Source of the DNA: Podarcis erhardii
Taxonomy: Eukaryota
Assembly (NCBI GenBank): GCA_964252035.1
Contig: OZ176204.1
DNA: 64,000 bases
Reading direction: 5' to 3' (one strand)
Shown here one piece after another: positions 48,225 through 60,765 of this stretch. The notes under the pieces are model-generated. The model was not told the DNA's origin. It was given only the letters and a program-made list of their open reading frames with translations, and searched no databases. Position numbers and translations under genes: made by a program. The stretch's first letter is position 1, and the number at the start of each line of letters is the position of its first letter.

Positions 48225-50439
48225 CTCTAACTCAAGCCCTGACTTTCCCCTCTTGCAATGCTCATGGGAGTTGATCACCTGCTCAAATCTGACTGCATGC
48301 TTTTTGATTTCAAGTCCTTGTCCTTGTCCTTGTCCTTGTCCTCTGAACTTTGACTTTGGACTACAATCTAGCATTCACTCAATCCTGACTTAGGTACATA
48401 ATGGTTCTTCTGAACTGCTTCTTCTGAAATATGTCTTATTCGACTCAATGCAAGTCAAGGGTTCCTTTCCCTTAACTGTGAATCTCTGAAAAACAAAGAC
48501 CAAAACAAGACACCAGGTCTCAGTGATAGAAGAAAATGAAGAGAACCTTTGATCCAGAAGTTCTAAATATGTACAAAAAACCTTTTTTTTACCATTGAGT
48601 AGACAGAGCTTCCTTTTGTTTGACTCCAACATTCACTTTCCACAAAAAATGTTCACTGGCCAGGGTGCAACTGAAAACAGCTGGGTCAATGTAAATTCTC
48701 CTGCTTGAATGGGATACTGACAAGACGATCATCCTATTGTCTTCCTTTACAGTTAGGCACCTGGTATCTGAAGCTGTGGCCCTCCAGTCTTTAACTCCCA
48801 TCAGCCCCAGGCAGCATGGCCAGTGGTCAGGGATGATGGCCACAGGTACCCTATCCCTGATCTAAGGAGCCTTTGTCTTGTTCATCGACTCTCACTCACA
48901 AACTTAATTTTCACACAGTGGAAATCATGATTAGTTTGGCCCAACAGAAGGCTGTTTGGGAAGCTGATTTTATACTCACTGCTGCAATGCTGTGAACAAG
49001 GGTGGGAAGAAAAGAGTGGGTGATCCTTCTGGCTTTCTGCAAAGCAGGTGGCTTCCCTACCCCACGTCAACTGCTGTCCTCGCGGTGTATTTGACACACA
49101 TCTAACAGCAACAAAATGACTTTCACTCCCTCAAGCTTCTCTTCAGGCTATTTTTGAGTACGATCCTACGCACTTACCCTGTTGATGGCTGAGTGCAGGG
49201 GGGCAGGTAGTAGAAAGGTGCATTGTTGCCTCTCTGATGGCCAGCAGGCAGAGAATGCCAGCAGAGGAAGCAAGAGGGAAGCTCTCAATGGGGTCATTCA
49301 GGGTGGGCTACCGGTAGATCCAAGGCCTTAAGGAGTCTAATCTGGTTGGCCACCATTAGAAAAAGGACTAGATGGACCACTGGTCTGATCCACCAGGCTC
49401 TTCTTCTTTCATAAGAAATGGCTAGATAGATACAGAGAGATATGGATCATGGCCAAAGGCATATATAAATTCAGAAAGCAGCAGTGGGATTGTATAGGAT
49501 GCAGAGTAAAGGGAAATGTATAGTCTCAGTCATGGCTGGTACAAGCTGACTGGGCGTGGAATGCAATGGTAAATCCCTGTCTCTCCTGCTCAGGTTCTCC
49601 ATGAAGGTCAGTCTGCTCCTTCAACCACCCTATAACCACACCAATGTTTATTTGCTGCCCATGAGGACAGCAAATATTCAAAAGTATCTCCCCTTTTAAT
49701 TAGCATTATGGTTGTATTATTTAATTAGCCATTATTGTTGCAGGACAGGCTTCCTTTTTTGTATTTTAAACTTTATTTCAAAACCAGATTCATGCGATTG
49801 GTGCTTGCTCTCTCCACACTGAGCTGCTTTTCAGCAGAGCCAAAGGACTGAAAGTCTCACTTTTATTCAATAGCAAAGGGTGTTTATTAATGTGTGGTTC
49901 ACAGCCACCAGCCTTAATATAAATGCTAATAAATAACTGTCAGGGTAATGAGTGCTATTTGGCTTCAGGTATCACCCACAAAGCTTCTAGGTAATTTTTG
50001 TGCACAAAAAGGGGGGGGGGACATTCCAACTTCAAGAAGCTGCTGCCTGAGGCCCACTGAAACTTGGCAAAAAGCCTTCCTGGGACAGTTCACAGGGCAG
50101 GACCAGAGACAAAAATCTTCACTGCACAATTCACCCATGTTTTCGGGGGGGGGGGGGGAGGGAAAAAACATTAAGGCTACATACACAATTTTTCCTCTTC
50201 ACTCCTTGCTGAGGATAGACCAATAGATACATCAACATCTGTAAGATATGTGTTCTATACATTTCAACAGGTTGCCTATTTTCTAACATTTCCTCCTTCA
50301 ACAAGTGGCACCTGGCTGCATCCAATCTTCTCTTTCCCACACAGAGGGAGCGTGCTTGGCTACTACCGTATCCTGCTTGGTTAACATATCAACTTATTTT
50401 TCACCAGACAGAAGCTGGGGGTGGGGAATAAAGAGTGTA

Positions 50440-50702
50440 AAGCTAAAGGTAAAGGGACCCCTGACCATGAGGTCCAGTTGTGGACGACTCTGGGGTTGCA
50501 GCACTCATCTTGCTTTATTGGCCGAGGGAGCCGGTGGTACCTATTTATCTACTTGCACTTTGACGTGCTTTCGAACTGCTAGGTTGGCAGGAGCAGGGAC
50601 AGAGCAATGCGAGCTCACCCCGTCACGGGGATTTGAACCGCCGACCTTCTGATCGGCAAGCCCTAGACTCTGTGGTTTAACCCACAGCGCCTCCCGTGTC
50701 CC
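50440..50702 (-). mobile_element. Sauria SINE with an internal deletion
   Basis: Reverse copy of 32211-32560 missing ~90 bp centrally; 13-bp TSD AATAAAGAGTGTA (50427-50439, 50703-50715). Confidence 0.9.
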
Positions 50703-51040
50703 AATAAAGAGTGTAGGAGCAGATAAACTTGGATCCAAAAACTATGACTGTGTCTACTTCTGTTTGTTCTGCATCCGGTGCATGCCCACAGCTGGGTAGG
50801 AAGAGTGTTCACACGTTAGCCACAATCTGTATCTATTGTGTCATTTCTTACGAAATACTGCATTTTGATGTGTCCCCGCCCTCTATCAGCTTGGATTAGT
50901 GTCAAGAAAAAGAACAGTGTAGTTGAATTTGAAGTTGGTAATGTGTACAAAGCCTGTGTTAGCCACTGTTTATCATCAGTACCTTATCCACTTGATTTGA
51001 ATGGGACTAAAGTAGGGGTGACTAACCTGTGTCCCTCTAT

Positions 51041-51059
51041 TTATTATTATTATTATTAT

Positions 51060-51100
<41 letters not shown>
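51041..51100. repeat. (TAT)n(TAG)n compound microsatellite at an L2-like tail
   Basis: Trinucleotide runs followed by an L2-like 3' end (approx. 51100-51640), itself interrupted by a Tigger MITE. Confidence 0.8.
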
Positions 51101-51106
<6 letters not shown>

Positions 51107-51180
51107 TTTTTATTAATAATAAAATGTATATCCCATTCCTCCTCTCAAAAGGAGCGCAGGGCAGCAAACAACAAGCAATA

Positions 51181-51422
51181 CAGTGGTACCTCGGGTTACA
51201 TACGCTTCAGGTTACATACGCTTCAGGTTACAGACTCCGCTAACCCAGAAATAGTACCTTGGGTTAAGAACTTTGCTTCAGGATGAGAACAGAAATTGTG
51301 CTGCGGTGGCGTGGCAGCAGCAGGAGGCCCCATTAGCTAAAGTGGTGCTTCATGTTAAGAACAGTTTCAGGTTAAGTACGGACCTCCAAAACGAATTAAG
51401 TACTTAACCCAAGGTACGACTG
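51181..51422 (-). mobile_element. Tigger-like MITE, family T1
   Basis: Same family as 3193; TA duplications; 242 bp. Confidence 0.88.
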
Positions 51423-52567
51423 TACAACAATCTTTAAAACCCACTTTAAAACAATTCCAATACTAATGCAGGTGACAAAAATACAACGGAGATGGTGCCT
51501 GTCTAACATTTAAGGAGAGGTGCCATAACAAAGGCCCGATTCCTATACTGTGCAGAATGTACCGCCTGATAAGTTATTTGCAGGAGGCCCTCACCTACAA
51601 AGTTATCGACTGGGTATGTAAGAGGTGAGATGATTTTTCAGGTTCTTGGGACTGCAACCAGCCCTGGCCACTGGGAGTAGTTGGGAGACCAACAACATCT
51701 GCAGGGCAAAAGGATGACATAGTCTGAATCTAGTCCAAAAAAGGCAGGGGGAACCAATTCAACATTGACTAGTCAATTCTTTCATGGCTGCAATTTCAGA
51801 ACATTCAGATCCACCGAATTCTGTGCCTCCAGAGAACATGCTGGGAGTGGAGGTGGAGTGAGAGGCTCACAGACAGAAGCTGTGCAATGTTTTCAGTCGC
51901 TAGATTTTTACATTCATCTGATGTTTACACACACGTTGGCCTGGTTGACATACAACTCTAAGCCATGATTTATTTAATCATGCAGAAATTATCTTGTGCT
52001 TAAGGAAGGGTGATGGGTTCACACATAGCACCAAGCCATTAAAAAAGCAAAAAAGCAAAAACAACAGCAACAACACAAGAGGCTTCAGAGCGTGTTTTCA
52101 GTACAGAAATCCTAGCTAAGTCACTGAACAGGGTTCACACTTAACACTAAGCCATGGTCTAATAAGCCATAGAGTAGCATTATGTGTGAACTAGGTCTGA
52201 ACCTTGTGAGTAGAACCATTAGTAGTTATGTCGGCTCTACAGAGCATATGAAGTGTTAATGTAAGCCTTTGAGTTGCACACAACTCTTCTTTGTAGGTCA
52301 TCAAAGCAGAAAAATAAGAAAACTTGTTCGAAGCTGAGGCAAATAGTGTCATCGCAGAAGAGCCATCTTGAGTTTTTCTGAGAAAGTTGCAAGGAGGCAG
52401 CATTGAGCAACCAGATCTGGTCATTCAATGCAGCTGATCTCTGCAAGATGCACAACACCCATCTCAAACGCATCTGTGGGAAGAACTGAAAGTTGAGCAT
52501 GGAATGGTGCAGTCCCACTTAGGTGAATGCTGGCCCATGAAACTTCAGACCACAGTAAGTTTTGGGG

Positions 52568-52703
52568 CAGGCATAGGCAAACTCGGCCCTCCAGATGTTT
52601 TGAGACTACAGTTCCCATCATCCCTGACCACTGGTCCCGTTAGCTAGGGATGATGGGAGTTGTAGTCCCAAAACATCTAGAGGGCTGAGTTTACCTATGC
52701 CTG
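52568..52703. mobile_element. Palindromic hAT MITE, family H1
   Basis: TIRs CAGGCATAGGCAAACT...AGTTTACCTATGCCTG; 8-bp TSD TTTTGGGG. Confidence 0.9.
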
Positions 52704-52790
52704 TTTTGGGGGGTGGGATGGGAAGAGACTTAAGGATACCAAACACTATCCATTTGTTTCCATGAATGGATCCAAACTTACATCATACTA

Positions 52791-53031
52791 CAGTGGTACC
52801 TCAGGTTACGTACTTAGTTTGTTCCGGAGGTCCGTTTTAACCTGAAACTGTTCTTAACCTGAAGCACTACTTTAGCTAATGGTGCCTCACGCTGCTGCTG
52901 CGCCGCCGGAGCACAATTTCTGTTCCCACCCTGAAGCAAAGTTCTTAACCCAAGGTACCATTTCTGGGTTAGCAGAGTCTGTAACCTGAAGCGTATGTAA
53001 CCTGAAGCGTATGTAACCTGAGGTACCACTG
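52791..53031 (+). mobile_element. Tigger-like MITE, family T1
   Basis: Same family and orientation as 3193; TA duplications. Confidence 0.88.
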
Positions 53032-53286
53032 TAAAGATGTCTTCAGAAAGAGGACTGTTGATTTTTTAAAGAGGCCTTAATATTATGTGATGATGTATAC
53101 AATAAATGGAGTATCCAAATAAAACAAAAAAGAAGGAAAGAGTCATAGGGTTCTAGGCAGTCTTTTGTTTTAAACTGTCCCAGTATGACGGATCCTTCTA
53201 CTTGGAATACATTATAATATAAATAATCCTGCAATTCTTTATTTCATGTTATGGCAATGTATAGGAATGCTATACATGCTATAGGT

Positions 53287-53421
53287 CAGTGTTTCCCAAC
53301 CTTGTGCCTCCAGCTGTTTTGGACTACAATTCCCATCATCCCTTGCCACTGGTCTTGCTAGTCAGGGATGATGGGAGTTGTAGTTCAAAAACAGCTGGAG
53401 GCACAAGGTTGGGAAACACTG
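53287..53421. mobile_element. Palindromic hAT MITE, family H1
   Basis: TIRs CAGTGTTTCCCAACCTT...AAGGTTGGGAAACACTG; 8-bp TSD CTATAGGT. Confidence 0.9.
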
Positions 53422-53458
53422 CTATAGGTGATGCTACCTCTTAAAAGATGGTCTATAG

Positions 53459-53594
53459 CAGTGTTTCCCAACCTTGGGCCTCCAGCTGTTTTTGAACTAC
53501 AATTCCCATCATCCCTGACCACTGGTCTTGCTAGCTAGGGATGATGGGAGTTGTAGGCCAAAAACATCTGGAGGCCCAAGGTTGGGAAACACTG
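53459..53594. mobile_element. Palindromic hAT MITE, family H1
   Basis: Same TIRs as 53287; 8-bp TSD GTCTATAG. Confidence 0.9.
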
Positions 53595-54400
53595 GTCTAT
53601 AGCACTCTCAATATTCAGCTCCATTCTGCTCCCGTTTGTTTTAAACACCCTGACCTAAAATGCTTTGCTTAACTGTTTGATGTGGAACCTGTATGTAAAT
53701 CTAAAATGTGTGATTTGCATAGTTAGCTCTAAGATTTACATGCTGCCCCATGTGAATTTGATTTCAAAGCAGTTTATGATCACGTAACATCACATCATTT
53801 GCTGTGAGCATGTATATACAGGCATGTTCACCCAATGTATATGTGCTCGCAAGTATCCACTGCAAAGGGCTGCCCAGCAAGTGTGTACTACATGCACTTT
53901 CAGGGGCATGTATTTTATGCAGATTCTACATTAAAAATTTCAGTTAGTGTCTCCACCCAAGAACTTTGTATTGAAGCGGTCCTAAAATGGAGAGTAAATC
54001 TGCCTTGTTATATGTGATAGCTCCATAATCTACTCGAGTATAACATTCTAAAAAAAGATATATTCTGGTACCCAATACAGTTTGCAAAAGCAAGCATAAT
54101 ATTCTTAAAAGATTTTAAGGAAAATGTGTACATGTGTGTGGGAAGTGGGGGAAATCCTCTGAGATAAACATTCCATTTCTGGGTTTCCAACTGAGCTGAT
54201 AAACATAGATGTCCAAAAAAGCCAGCTGTTCCCTTTCATCTGTTTGAAGTGCAGCTGGAATAATGCCCACAGAGCCTCCACCAAAATACTTTCTTTGAAA
54301 GCAGCTTGCTAATTGTCTTTCAAGGGATTAATTCCACATACACACAAAAATGCGAAAGGGAGCAGATGCCACCTAATGGACATTGGTAGTATAGCCTTGC

Positions 54401-54738
54401 TATACTAGAGTCCCATGGACTGCAAGAAGATCAAACCTATCCATTCTTAAGTAAATCAGCCCTGAGTGCTCACTGGAAGGACAGATCCTGAAGCTGAGGC
54501 TCCAATACTTTGGCCACCTCATGAGAAGAGAAGACTCCCTGGAAAAGACCCTGATGTTGGGAAAGATTGAGGGCACAAGGAGAAGGGGACGACAGAGGAC
54601 GAGATGGTTGGACAAGTGTTCTCGGAGCTACCAGCATGAATTTGACCAAACTGCGGGAGGCAGTGGAAGACAGGAGTGCCTGGCGTGCTCTGGTCCATGG
54701 GGTCACGAAGAAGTGGACACGACCAAACAACAACAAGA
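54401..54738 (+). mobile_element. RTE-BovB LINE 3' fragment
   Basis: Translation MRREDSLEKTLMLGKIEGTRRRGRQRTRWLD is a BovB C-terminal motif; (CAA)n tail; 13-bp TSD AGTATAGCCTTGC. Confidence 0.9.
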
Positions 54739-55244
54739 AGTATAGCCTTGCACTGCGTACACAGGACTAAATCACAGTAATAATTATGACATTGACAGTA
54801 TACGCTGCTCTGAATGGTTAATGTCTGTTGAGAGTGTATACACAAACAAGCAGAAACAATTGTGGATCAGTTGCTACGAATGTAGAAGTCATATTGCAAC
54901 ACAGTCTCCTTGTTTCAGACACTGCCTAATTTTTTTAAGTTTCTCTATGGACAAGTAGAAGTCTACAAACACGACTAGGGATATGCATTTATAATACTCT
55001 AGCCTAACAACCGTGTATATTATGTGATTACAGAGTTCTAGACCTTCTCAGGATAAAACTCAGTAGAGAAAAAATCACATATTTGTGTTTGCCGTATGGT
55101 AATTTTGGAGTTCATTTTCTATTTTCAAATAGAAGTTATTATTCTTAAACTATACAGCTCCTGTCTTCTGCTACATATGATTGCTTTAAGCCTACAGGTT
55201 ATGCAGGTTGAGGAATGCTGTGAATAAGTTAGTTTCCAAAATCC

Positions 55245-57981
55245 ATCTATTTAAAATACTGTTTATTTGTGATTTAACATTAATTAGCATTACATCTATG
55301 AGCAATTTCCAACAACATTTATATATTTTTTTCCACAGGACACAGAGTTGGCTGGCTCATTCTTTATGCCAAAGCAAGTAAATAGAGGCATTAGCAAAAA
55401 AAAGGTGCAAATAGTTCACGGTTGCATTTTTTAAAAAATATTTATGCACATTGCATTCATTTAGATATATTTTTTAAAAGTTATGAAAAGCATAGTTCAC
55501 AGGTTACTGTTTCTACATATGTTGTAATACAACACAAAAATGTAGAACATAAACGAAGTTAAGCAACTTATAGATTTCCACTATTTTTTTTAAAAGAACA
55601 CACTGATTCCAGTATTTTGAGATATCTAGAATATCGTTTCCAGAGTCACTCCAGCGCTGCATTTTCACACTTACACAGTCAAAGCTAACCAGCCCTGCAA
55701 CATGCTATAGTCAATTTTTTTTCATGCCAAACCACAACCCAGCCATATTTTAACAATCTATATACGGTATATATTTCAACTGGCAATCTGGGAGTCACAT
55801 TGATATTTGAGGTGTATTTGCTCTTGTGGCTACTGATGAACAAAGGCTAGTTTAAAGGCCCTAGGCAAATTTCCATGTTTAGCGTGTATTTACAGGTTTG
55901 AATTTTTCTTTCTGAAGTTTCAAAGCAAAATAAAGCTACCAGCAAAAAGGAGCAAGTGGCAGGATCAGCGCCTATAGCGCTTGACTAATTGGATCTAAGA
56001 TTCCTTGAGAAGGCAAAACTCAGATTAAAATTATCCCATTAAAATCAATGATAGCAAGGGGAGAACGTGTGGCACTCCATATGAAAGCCTATACATTTTA
56101 TATGAAACGGCCGTTCCATTAATTTAATAAAAAATACCCCAAAATCCATACCATATATTTTATGAAAAATAATCCACAAGCTACTATTCTCTTTACCTCC
56201 AACCCCTTATTCTTCCCATTTCACTTTCCCTTTTTCGGTTTTTGTCTCCTTCATTTGGTTGTGGGCTTTTCCAGAGGATCAGTTGATAGTGCAACGTAGA
56301 TGCAGTTGCTTCTAAGCTGTTGCATAAAATCTAGACTCCATCCCTTGTGGAAGCACTTTTGCCATGGGCATTTTGCATTTTCCTGCACCTGGGTGGCAAT
56401 GTTCACTTGAACAAGCAATCTTTGCCACTGGAGTGCTCCCGGAATGTAGCTGCATGAGTTTTACACTCTTCACCCGATGGCCTTGACATTCTGACAGCAT
56501 GGTACCAGCACTCTATATCTGCAAAGAGGGAGCTCACAGAGGACTTACAACTGAGTGTCTCAAGGCAAAGAGGGAAAGAAACCCCTTGTGGCTTCATCTT
56601 GACCAACAAGTACCGTATTTTTCGCTCTATAAGACGCACCAGACCACAAGACGCACCTAGTTTTTGGAGGAGGAAAACAAGGGAAAAAAAATTCTGAATC
56701 TCAGAAGTCAGAACAGCAAGAGGGATTGCTGTGCAGTGAAAGCAGCAATCCCTCTTGCTGTTCTGGCTTCTGGGATAGCTGTGCAGCCTGTATTTGCTCC
56801 ATAAGACGCACACACATTTCCCCTTACTTTTTAGGAGAGAGAAAGTGAGTCTTATAGAGCAAAAAAAACGGTAAGTCCTCAAGACTTTGCTCTGAGAATT
56901 TAATTGGACATGCTGCAGAAGTAACGCAGAATGGCTAAGGGACATACTTGGAACTGATCTCCTGGATAGGCCATATGTTAACAAGTTTATTTTTCTTCAT
57001 TCAACAGCAATACCATGAGGAAAAAAATACAGTAAGATTTAAACCTGAATCCAGTTAAGTTTATACGCTTTCAACACCCAATAATCAGAGGTTCTGGATT
57101 CCTGAATTATATTTAAGTATACTCTACACCAAGCATCCTTAAATACATTCTATTGTTAAATGCTTGGTTTACATGCCTATAATACTTTATACTGAGTGGT
57201 ATACAAAAATTTCAACGTATAAAATTCTTTTTCTGTTTTGCCATAGTTAAACTAAGTTATCAATGTTAAGCGTATAAAATCCCCTTTATTGAAAAATAAG
57301 GGCTTTCTCCCTGCCCCCCCAACTGATAGAATAAAAAAAGTTTTCAAAAATTATATCTTACTAAAATGAAGTATTTGGCAAAAGTTATTATCGATGAATG
57401 CAATTTTTACAGAGTCTGTAAAATTCCAAATGCAATTCCTTTTACAGTTTTCCCCTCTTAATATTATGTGCCAGTGTATCATAAATGACCTATGGTTGAA
57501 AAGGTGAGGTGAACAGCACCCTGTGAGGCAGGGGTAAAACAACTGCTATGGTCAAAATCACAATACTAAGAAGTATCATCCAATTACAGAGTGAGGCAGT
57601 AGATTAAAAAAACCAACATTATCTGATAACTCAACAGCTACCTTAGTGACACTGTGCTGAAGGTCTACTAATTGAGAAAACTCTCCATGTGTAACCATAA
57701 GGGTATTTGAGATTACAATAGTGCTATATTGGAACACCTGCCAGTGTTAGTTTGTGGTGGACCTATTAAGTATTTCAAACCCTCATAGTAATTCTTACAC
57801 CAACTAATTAAGAGATGAATTCTTTGCTTCATTAACATAACATTGTTTCTATTTAATTTTATTTTCCAGTTCTGCTTTTAGGTTAAGGCTCATTTTTCTG
57901 CACAACCCTACCTAACGTGACTAAAACGTGAACTAAAACATGGGTTTGAAATGTGCAATGTAGCCTCGGAATGAACTGCAC
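55245..57981 (-). other. ADD3: Probable ADD3 3'UTR
   Basis: AT-rich, nearly repeat-free sequence after the stop. Minus-strand AATAAA hexamers at 57285-57290, 56986-56991 and 55262-55267; Pumilio-type TGTAAATA at 55887-55894. The true cleavage site is inferred, not shown. Confidence 0.5.
56613..56871 (+). mobile_element. Tc2/pogo-type MITE inside the probable ADD3 3'UTR
   Basis: TIRs CCGTATTTTTCGCTCTATAAGAC...GTCTTATAGAGCAAAAAAAACGG, TA duplication; internal 29-bp inverted repeat. Confidence 0.88.
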
Positions 57982-58274
57982 TCAGGCTTCCACCTTCTCC
58001 TTCTTTTTGTTCTTTTTTAGGAAAGATGGAGTACGGAACTTCTTCTTCTTCTTTGATGGTGATTTCGAAGGAGAGCCCTCGGGGGAAAGGGTCTCCTCAA
58101 TTTTTTCAGAGGCCTTAATGGTGATCTCCACATTCTCTACAGTACTAGTGGTTAACTGGCTGACTCTGTGTGCAAGATCCTCGTCCACATCATGTGAATC
58201 TTCTTTGCCATTCATTACAACAGCCGGCATCTCCAGAGAGACGAGGTTAGCATCCTGTTGGTAATCATCATTTT
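57982..58274 (-). CDS. ADD3: ADD3 last coding exon (MARCKS-like basic C-terminus)
   Basis: (E)[24 protein letters not shown]...[34 protein letters not shown]; acceptor tttttacag| at 58276-58275, TGA at 57984-57982. Confidence 0.97.
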
Positions 58275-59054
58275 CTGTAAAAAAATAGAGAAAGCGAACG
58301 GAGGCATTTTACTCTTTGTTATACTGATGGTTATGCAGCAATTCTGCACAGGTCTAAAATGCAAGCAGCATATCAGGACACTGAGAGAATAACTAGTAAA
58401 GCTCCCCTCGTTCCTCTACTAGTATCTTGTTTTTGTTTAGGTATTTATATCCCACTTTCCCAGGCAAAATAATCTACAAAGCGGTGTTTTCCTCTTGCCC
58501 CACGTTTTATTTGAACAAACAAGCCAGCATGTAACTCATTAGCTATTTTAATTGTAGGATGTGTGGAATCAAGGTTTTCAGCTTCGTCCTAGCCACAACT
58601 GGACACTTACAGACAGTATATCTGAATAGAATGTGATGCAGTGGCAATTCCAACAGAGCAACATCATAGACTGTTATGTTAGCCTTGTATTATGAGCCAA
58701 TGCACACATATAATCCTGGGAAAGAAATGCGAGTGCTTTCTCCAAATGATACGAACACAAATTGTTGCAGGAACAGGAGATCAACATGATGTTGAAACTG
58801 TCTCTAAGTGACCTGTTCTGAAGAATGAATGAGATTATAGGTAAACCTACCCTATTTAGAGAGAAGATATTGGATTTAAACTTCTGATAAATCCAGAAGG
58901 ATTCTTAAAAGTTGTAGCTCAAGAACATAAATCATAGTCTTCACATATTGGCAAGATGACTACATTTTCCTTTCCTGATCTAAGTAAATAAAAGTAATTG
59001 GCAAGGAAAGGTCTAACAGGCTCATGATACTGCATAGGACATTACATTGTATAC

Positions 59055-59150
59055 CTTCTACTTTTTCAGGGACATTTTGTGGGGACTGAGTTTGAGAATT
59101 AATTTGTGAAACAGATGACCCGTCATCTGAGAATAATTCCTGATCAGCAT
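59055..59150 (-). CDS. ADD3: ADD3 96-nt alternatively spliced cassette exon
   Basis: (D)[31 protein letters not shown]; acceptor tgtcctacag|, donor AAG|GTATAC; 96 nt, phase 1/1, so skipping preserves frame. Matches the known 32-aa ADD3 cassette. Confidence 0.92.
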
Positions 59151-59900
59151 CTGTAGGACAAGAGCTTGAGTTAGTAAAAGCCATGCCAAAATGAAATAAA
59201 TGCAAGGAGATCAGTGTACATTAGTGCATACAAAACACAAGCAACTTCACTAGTACTGACCTGATTATACTAATGTTAACACATATAATTATACTAATTT
59301 CATCCTATTAGTAACCCAAATTTAGTAGATTATAACACACTCTAGATGGTCCCAATTATTTAGAAGTATTCCATGCAAACATATGTTGGTTACTATACAA
59401 AATAGACAGAACAAACTATGCAACGTTAGTGCTGAAAATGCTAGTGTTAGACAACAGCAAATTAGCAATTAAAGTTCCTTATCAGATGCTTTGAATGAAG
59501 ATGGGTGGAAAAGCTTGTTGTAATGCAATATTTTTACCTTTGAATCTTTATGCTTTCAAAAATAAGAAATGGGCAAGTTAGAAGTTTGCTAGCAATAATA
59601 TCAAGATTGAAGACAAGAGAAAATACTACTGTCAGACTGTTTTTTCTTATGATTTAAAGATACTTACCTTTTACCCTGCTGATTGTACTATTGTCCTGAT
59701 ACTAATTTCTAAGGCAAGGACACAATCCTTTGTTTTCAGATGCCGACATGCACTTATAACAGCAACATGAGAAAGCAATACAACTATGTAACAGAAGCCA
59801 TCCTTCCTTTCCATATAAGCCCTTTTATAGGACTATGAAATTTAACAAGTGTCCAGTTTAAAAATTTACCCAAGACTATTAGAAGCAGTGAGAGTAAAAT

Positions 59901-60077
59901 TAGGGCTGCCATATGTCTGGATTTTTCTGGACATTACCAGGATTTCAAAGGTGGAATTGACATCCAGGGGGAATTTCTGAAAGGTGGCACTTTCTGGAGG
60001 ATCTTAGACAATTCTGAGAAAAGCTCAACAACTTTTGGGGTGTCCTGGTTTTTACTTTTTAAAATATGGCAACCCTA
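59901..60077. mobile_element. hAT MITE (TAGGG-ended)
   Basis: TIRs TAGGGCTGCCATA...TATGGCAACCCTA; flanking GTAAAAT duplication (7-8 bp). Confidence 0.75.
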
Positions 60078-60164
60078 GTAAAATAGCATGTTCAAAGGGT
60101 TTGGTGGTGAAGGGTAAAAAAAGATGACTGGCCAGTCCTAAAGAAACTGCCCTGGCCCCCTTGG

Positions 60165-60410
60165 ATTGGAACAACTATTGGCCAGCTGTAAATACTCTCC
60201 TCCTTGGGGAAGGTGGTTCAGAGTGCAGTGGCTGGGAAACTGCAAGCATTCTTGGAGGACAGATTATTTACATCCATTCCAATCTGGGTTCAGACTTGGC
60301 CATGGGACTGAGTTGTCTTTGGCCACCCTTTACAGTAAGACAAGGGGAGTGCAATCTTGCTCCTGCTTCTCGATCTCTCTATGGCTTTCAATACTACTGA
60401 GCACGCGTGG
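60165..60410 (+). mobile_element. L2 LINE RT fragment
   Basis: Frameshifted translation including TDYLHPFQSGFRLGHGTE (L2 RT motif QSGFRxxHxTE). Confidence 0.75.
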
Positions 60411-60765
60411 ATTGGCTCCATGGAATGGAGTGACCCCTGATCAAGTCAAGATTAGATTCCCTTAGAACTACAAATCACATTGATTCATTTCATGTTTTAA
60501 TATCTATTGATCCAAGTAGATTCAAAGGGGCAGCATAACATTCAATATTTTACTGGTCATAACACAGCATAGCACTACAGAGAAGGAAGTTGTGAGAGAT
60601 AAATTCTTGCCAGAAGAGATTCAGGCCTTTAAAAAGTGGAGTTATTGAAGCTGCCATTGTTATTATTTAATGTAATGGCTCTTAGTTTAAAAATTTAAAA
60701 TCATTTTAAACTTCACTAAATCTTTACCTGAATATTTTCCATCACCAGTTTATCAGAACACTCAC

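Noticed and set aside
48757-48775. gcacctggtatctgaag as another Penelope hammerhead start
   Set aside because: Too short, and continues into a degenerate hAT-like fragment; may be coincidental.
51029-51286. ORFs with poly-Val/poly-Leu/poly-Tyr
   Set aside because: Translation of (TAT)n(TAG)n microsatellites.
56403-56984. 193-aa minus-strand ORF downstream of ADD3
   Set aside because: Runs through a MITE in UTR-like sequence; no recognisable domain; chance ORF.
58960-59205. 81-aa ORF around the ADD3 cassette exon as a standalone gene
   Set aside because: Only 59055-59150 is bounded by splice sites and matches ADD3; the flanks are intron.
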